From Coprobacillaceae bacterium (GTDB lineage: Bacteria > Bacillota_I > Bacilli_A > Erysipelotrichales > Coprobacillaceae): 32,000 bases of DNA. The position numbers were made by a program, and so were the translations under genes. The stretch is taken from NCBI GenBank assembly GCA_963675915.1, contig OY780959.1, positions 1,470,001 through 1,502,000 on the forward strand, in the 5' to 3' direction. The notes beneath the pieces are model-generated. The model made no database searches, was not told the origin of the DNA, and worked only from the letters and a program-made list of their open reading frames with translations. Positions 28,128 to 32,000 of the stretch are shown here, one piece after another (the stretch's first letter is position 1; each line of letters begins with the position of its first letter).

Positions 28128-28192
28128 TTTGTTTTCCTTTCCAGTTGTTCAAACTGTTCCACTGTACCAAAATAGGATGACATCTACCGAAC

Positions 28193-28223
28193 AAAAAAGG
28201 GATAGGCGAAAAACACCCATCCC
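28193..28223 (-). terminator. second Rho-independent terminator in the folT leader
   Basis: On the minus strand: GGGAUGGGUG-UUUUU-CGCCUAUCCC (10 bp) followed by UUUUUU. Confidence 0.7.
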
Positions 28224-28234
28224 GGATTTACTCT

Positions 28235-28266
28235 AAAAACACCATTCAGTCTAAAAACTGAAATGG
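28235..28266 (-). terminator. first terminator-like hairpin after the THF aptamer (likely the expression platform)
   Basis: On the minus strand: CCAUU(U)CAGU-UUUUAG-ACUGAAUGG followed by UGUUUUU. Confidence 0.55.
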
Positions 28267-28299
28267 AGCCACTATTAAAGCCCATTATGTTTTATCATA

Positions 28300-28395
28300 A
28301 CAGCGGGATGCAAAACTTATACCGCAGATAATATCTTTCGTTTCTCTGACAACTCCCCGTTCAAAGAACACTTTACGCATAAGTTCCTACTCTGT
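28300..28395 (-). promoter_or_regulatory. THF (tetrahydrofolate) riboswitch aptamer
   Basis: The minus-strand sequence is ACAGAGUAGGAACUUAUGCGUAAAGUGUUCUUUGAACGGGGAGUUGUCAGAGAAACGAAAGAUAUUAUCUGCGGUAUAAGUUUUGCAUCCCGCUGU. It aligns with the known THF-I aptamer core (AGAGUAG..GCGU.AAGUGU..GAA.GGGA.GU.GUCA..AACGAA..GCGGU..UGCAUCC.GCU) and sits upstream of folT. Confidence 0.88.
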
Positions 28396-28425
28396 AAAAT
28401 TCCAGACGTTATTACGTCTAAAAAA

Positions 28426-28454
28426 AGTATAGTACAGCCAATCCTCATTGTCAA
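28426..28454 (-). promoter_or_regulatory. promoter of the THF riboswitch-folT-folC unit
   Basis: On the minus strand: TTGACA, 17 nt spacer, TATACT. A 5' hairpin AGACGU-AAUA-ACGUCU follows near the predicted start. Confidence 0.65.
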
Positions 28455-28479
28455 CCCCAACGTAAATCAGTCCGATTTA

Positions 28480-29298
28480 TTATTTGGATTTCAATTCATA
28501 AAGGTCAAGCCGGCGGGCCTTCAGCAGCGGCAGTTCCTGACGAATTTTATCGATATAATCAAGATTAACCTCATTGACCATCATTCCCTCTTTTTCATCA
28601 AGTTCCCCGACAACTTCACCCCAAGGTGAGACAAAAATTGAATGTCCCCAGGCATGGTAACTGGCATTTTCATCCCGGGCACCAGAGGTTCCGATGAAAT
28701 AACATTGGTTGTCCAAAGCTCGGGCCCTAAACGAAAGTTCCCAATGAGCCGGACCCGTGGTCATATTGAATGCCGCCGGAACCAGAATCACTTTGGCCCC
28801 ATCTTGAACCATCAGACGGCTCAGTTCCGGGAAACGGATATCAAAACAGATCATCATCCCGATTTTCCCGAATTCGGTATCAAAAACGGTATAGTGGTTC
28901 CCTGGCGCCAGGGTGTCTGATTCCTTGAAAGTCTGCCCCCCTTCGATATCGATATCGAACAGATGGACTTTGCGATGTTTGGCAATCTGGTTACCTTCAC
29001 GGTCAAAGACATAAGCAGTGTTATAGACATTGCCGGCATCATCCACCTCCGGCATGGAACCTGCAGCCAGATAAATGTGGTGTTTCTTGGCCAAAATGCT
29101 GCAAAACTGCCAGCTTTCGCCCCCCTCTTTTTCCGCATACTTGGGAAACATTCCGGTTTCATAAGGACAGTTGAACATTTCTCCTAATGTGACCAGATCG
29201 ATTCCTTGACCTTCCAGCTGTTCGAGTTTGCTTTCGAGCTCCGTCAGGTTCGCCTTCTTATCTGTAAAAACATGGGTTTGCAATTGTGCTACTTTCAT
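28480..29298 (-). CDS. carbon-nitrogen hydrolase (nitrilase superfamily, omega-amidase-like) protein
   Basis: ORF-track 272 aa, with the catalytic triad contexts LGEMF (Glu), HRKVHLF (Lys) and MMICFDIRFPE (Cys). Confidence 0.88.
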   Translation of the reverse strand: MKVAQLQTHVFTDKKANLTELESKLEQLEGQGIDLVTLGEMFNCPYETGMFPKYAEKEGGESWQFCSILAKKHHIYLAAGSMPEVDDAGNVYNTAYVFDREGNQIAKHRKVHLFDIDIEGGQTFKESDTLAPGNHYTVFDTEFGKIGMMICFDIRFPELSRLMVQDGAKVILVPAAFNMTTGPAHWELSFRARALDNQCYFIGTSGARDENASYHAWGHSIFVSPWGEVVGELDEKEGMMVNEVNLDYIDKIRQELPLLKARRLDLYELKSK

Positions 29299-29392
29299 AA
29301 TTTTCTCCTTTTCTTACTTCCCTTTTTCCTTATTATAACAATCTTATCATAAACACCAGCTTCGGGCAATTATGGAGGTTTAGGCCCGAAAA

Positions 29393-29419
29393 CAAAAAAA
29401 CAATGCCCGAAGGCACTGT
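29393..29419 (-). terminator. terminator after metA
   Basis: On the minus strand: ACAGUGCC-UUCG-GGCAUUGU followed by U7. Confidence 0.8.
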
Positions 29420-29439
29420 TTTTTAAGTCAAAGATAAAT

Positions 29440-30378
29440 CTATTCGCTTCTCAATTTGGGAATATCCTCGATATTGAAAGGAGTATCCTGATAAACCATG
29501 TTGAGCCAATTGGCAAAAAGCAGGTAAGCATGAGATTTCCAGCGTTCCAATACATCATCATTGTAATCATCATTGCGATAATAATGTTTTGGCAACGGGG
29601 CTTTATCTTCCATTTTGACCAGGTCACGACGATATTCATTATCAAGCATGTATTTGTCGTATTCAGGATGACCGGTCACATATACCCGGGATCCGTCTTT
29701 TTCAGCAATCAGATAAGCTCCGGCTTCCGAAGAATCCGCCAGGATGTCTACTTCGTCACATGAACGGATCTGATCAATCGATGATGCGGTATAGCGGGAA
29801 TGGGGCGCAAAGAAATCCGAATCGAAGCCGCGAACCAGACGCCGGTAACTTTTTTCCTTATTGATAGTGTGTTCAAACACTCCAGTCATTTTTTTAGGAA
29901 GTCTGACTTTTTCTATTCCATGGAAATAATAAAGTCCGGCTTGAGCCCCCCAACAGATGAACATTGATGAAAAAACATGGGTTTTCGACCATTCCAGGAC
30001 ACTCTGCAATTCATTCCAGTAATCCACTTGTTCAAATTCCATCAGTTCAACCGGAGCTCCGGTGACTATCAAGCCATCATAACAATTCCCTTTGATATCA
30101 TCAAAAGTTTTGTAGAAATCAAGGAGATGCTCCTTAGGGGTGTTTTTGGACTCATGGGTAGCCGGGGCAATCAGATCAATCTCGATTTGAAGCGGAGAAT
30201 TGGATAAAAGCCGCAACAGCTGGGTTTCTGTGATTATTTTTTGGGGCATGATATTGAGAATCAGAATCTTCAAAGGACGGATATCCTGCAACAATGCCTG
30301 GGCATCATTCATGACAAAGACATTCTCTTTTTTCAGTTGTGAACTTGCCGGTAAATTGTTTGGTACGATAATTGGCAT
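29440..30378 (-). CDS. metA: homoserine O-acyltransferase (MetA family; O-acetyl- or O-succinyl-transferase)
   Basis: ORF-track 312 aa, starting MPIIVPNNLPA and with LKILILNIMP and FICWGAQAGLY (catalytic Cys). Confidence 0.92.
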   Translation of the reverse strand: MPIIVPNNLPASSQLKKENVFVMNDAQALLQDIRPLKILILNIMPQKIITETQLLRLLSNSPLQIEIDLIAPATHESKNTPKEHLLDFYKTFDDIKGNCYDGLIVTGAPVELMEFEQVDYWNELQSVLEWSKTHVFSSMFICWGAQAGLYYFHGIEKVRLPKKMTGVFEHTINKEKSYRRLVRGFDSDFFAPHSRYTASSIDQIRSCDEVDILADSSEAGAYLIAEKDGSRVYVTGHPEYDKYMLDNEYRRDLVKMEDKAPLPKHYYRNDDYNDDVLERWKSHAYLLFANWLNMVYQDTPFNIEDIPKLRSE

Positions 30379-30391
30379 AATAGGCCTCCTT

Positions 30392-31624
30392 CTAATTATA
30401 TGATAGCACTTCTTCGTATACTTTTTTCAGGAATGTATCGGACATTCCAGCCAGATAATCAATCAGGCAGCGGTAAATCGCTTGGGAATCCGCGTTGAAA
30501 TCATAGATTATCTTGTTTTTGTAATAAGGTTTGGTGCGGAAGTTACTGTACTTCAAGACAAAACTGGAAAAACTGTTGATCAGGGTCGGATAGTTCCGGT
30601 TATATTTCTCCAGAATTTCCGGAAAATCGGTTTTGGCTGCAATCGCTTCTTTATAAAACCGTTCCAGCAAGAGGAAAATCGAGTCAAGGATGTTTTCAAC
30701 ATGGCGGTTGTAGACATCGAGCCGGGGATCAAGATAAATCTTGGTATAGTTGAATTTCATGAACATTTTCATTAGCTCATAACCCTGTTTTGACAGGCTG
30801 ATTCCTTCTGCCACCGTCGAATTTTTCACCACATCGACAATGAAGTAATTGACAACGGTTCCGTTGTTGATTGCTTCAAAAGTGCTCACTCCGGTGAACT
30901 CGTTGATTTCACGTCTGAATTCATCGAGAGTATCCTTGCTCAAAATGCCCAGGCGGATGGCATCTTCAATATCCCGAGCCAGATAGCTGATCTTGTCAGC
31001 CATTTTTACCACACATCCTTCATAAGTATAAGGCTGATACTGGCCCGGGTATGCATAATCATCAAGATCGATGATTTCATCCCGAGGTTTGATATGTTTT
31101 TGATTCATCTCGCCGCAATGACAGATGATCCCATCCCGGATGGCATAGGTAAGGTTGAGATTCCAGCGGTTGTAATCATTGTCTTCGAGAGTTTCAATCA
31201 TGTCGATATATCTCAATGAATTCTTCTCGTGGAAAAATTTGTCTAACCCGTGGTTTGCGGCCATTTCATTGAGGATTTTCTCGCCCCGGTGACCATATGG
31301 AGCATGCCCGAGATCGTGACCGATGGCGATTGCCCGGGCCAATTCACTGTTAAGACCCAGTTTCGAGGCAATGGTATAAGAAATCGACTCCACCAGACTG
31401 ACATGTTCGCTTCTGGTACAGACATGGTCATTGTCAACGGCGAAAAATACCTGGGTTTTATGCTTGAGCCGGCGGAAACCCTGGGAGAACAGAATTCTCG
31501 TATAATCCCGATAGAATTCACTGCGCAAGTCATTGTCCCGACGATAAAGTTCTTCCTGACGGCTTGCCGCCTGTTCATATTTCCCGTTACCGGGAAATAT
31601 TGCCACTGTGTCAAAATCTTTCAC
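30392..31624 (-). CDS. HD-domain dGTP triphosphohydrolase-like protein
   Basis: ORF-track 410 aa with a GTG start behind AGGGGG. It has FRRLKHKTQVF, RSEHV and IGHDLGHAPYGH motifs of the Dgt-like family. Only 13 nt separate its stop from the metA start. Confidence 0.85.
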   Translation of the reverse strand: MKDFDTVAIFPGNGKYEQAASRQEELYRRDNDLRSEFYRDYTRILFSQGFRRLKHKTQVFFAVDNDHVCTRSEHVSLVESISYTIASKLGLNSELARAIAIGHDLGHAPYGHRGEKILNEMAANHGLDKFFHEKNSLRYIDMIETLEDNDYNRWNLNLTYAIRDGIICHCGEMNQKHIKPRDEIIDLDDYAYPGQYQPYTYEGCVVKMADKISYLARDIEDAIRLGILSKDTLDEFRREINEFTGVSTFEAINNGTVVNYFIVDVVKNSTVAEGISLSKQGYELMKMFMKFNYTKIYLDPRLDVYNRHVENILDSIFLLLERFYKEAIAAKTDFPEILEKYNRNYPTLINSFSSFVLKYSNFRTKPYYKNKIIYDFNADSQAIYRCLIDYLAGMSDTFLKKVYEEVLSYN

Positions 31625-31666
31625 AAAATACCCCCTGAAAAGCCAGCTGCTTTTTAAAATTATACA

Positions 31667-31696
31667 ACAAAAAAGTTATCCGATAAAGGGATAACT
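31667..31696 (-). terminator. terminator after nagB
   Basis: On the minus strand: AGUUAUCC-CUUUAUC-GGAUAACU followed by UUUUUU. Confidence 0.75.
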
Positions 31697-31707
31697 CTTA
31701 AATGCAC

Positions 31708-32000
31708 TTATTTATTAAGTTGGCTTGCCGCCAGGTCATCGACAATCACAGTGACATCTCCATGACCCTGAAGATAACTTGCCGGACAGGCACTGGTCTC
31801 TTCACCTTCTACGAGGATCTTGATGGCATCCGCTTTAGCTTCACCACAGGCAATCAAAACAATCTTCTTGGCCGAAAGAATATTGCTTATTCCCATTGAG
31901 ATCGCCTGTTTTGGCACCTTGGTAACATCGCCGTCAAAAAACAGTCTCGCATTATCTTCGATAGTTGATTGTTTAAGGTCAACCAGCTGACACTCGCTGT
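31708..32000 (-). CDS. nagB: glucosamine-6-phosphate deaminase (C-terminal part; the 5' end lies beyond the window end)
   Basis: The minus-strand frame is open to the window edge. The C-terminus ...KKIVLIACGEAKADAIKILVEGEETSACPASYLQGHGDVTVIVDDLAASQLNK matches the NagB C-termini I know. Confidence 0.85.
   Translation of the reverse strand, partial: SECQLVDLKQSTIEDNARLFFDGDVTKVPKQAISMGISNILSAKKIVLIACGEAKADAIKILVEGEETSACPASYLQGHGDVTVIVDDLAASQLNK

Noticed and set aside
30392-31624. The dGTPase-like HD protein as an anti-phage nucleotide-depletion defence gene
   Set aside because: It is embedded between housekeeping genes (nagB, metA) and apparently forms an operon with metA. No other defence, mobile or hypervariable features lie nearby. 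It is most simply the housekeeping Dgt-like paralogue common in this phylum.

Overview
This is a chromosomal, mostly housekeeping window, and nearly everything is encoded on the minus strand. The source looks like a low-GC Gram-positive (Bacillota-like). That is an inference from genomically encoded CCA on every tRNA, HisZ plus a short-form HisG, a PHP-type histidinol phosphatase, and an ECF FolT with a THF riboswitch. Contents in coordinate order are as follows. A partial MATE efflux gene, an isochorismatase-family hydrolase and a RibD_C-like reductase. A small RepA_N-like protein overlapping a CDF metal exporter, then a small membrane protein. A complete histidine operon hisZ-G-D-B-H-A-F-IE plus a PHP histidinol phosphatase; hisC is absent. 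A small membrane protein. A 19-gene minus-strand tRNA array containing a tandemly duplicated block. An ORF-free stretch of about 0.67 kb. A lone plus-strand tRNA-Leu(GAG). A secreted alkaline phosphatase, followed by an ORF-free stretch of about 0.6 kb. A TauE/SafE permease. A divergent pair of a PNPOx-like gene and a MocR-type regulator. A DnaQ-exonuclease/BRCT protein. An orphan prepilin-like protein. A locus of PRD regulator, YczE-like membrane protein and GH1 6-phospho-beta-glucosidase. The folT-folC genes behind a THF riboswitch. A C-N hydrolase, a dGTPase-like HD gene coupled to metA, and a partial nagB. No mobile element, CRISPR array or recognisable defence island was seen. The most notable observations are: (1) an enterobacterial-style leader-peptide attenuator (MKNYTNLQLHHHHHWI) in front of hisZ instead of a T-box; (2) the ORF-free 0.67 kb next to the tRNA array, which contains nested long-range helices whose imperfect positions are G-U only on the minus strand, making it a candidate large structured ncRNA; (3) a mosaic-age duplication inside the tRNA array. 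All calls were made by eye from the sequence and the ORF track. No searches or folding programs were run.
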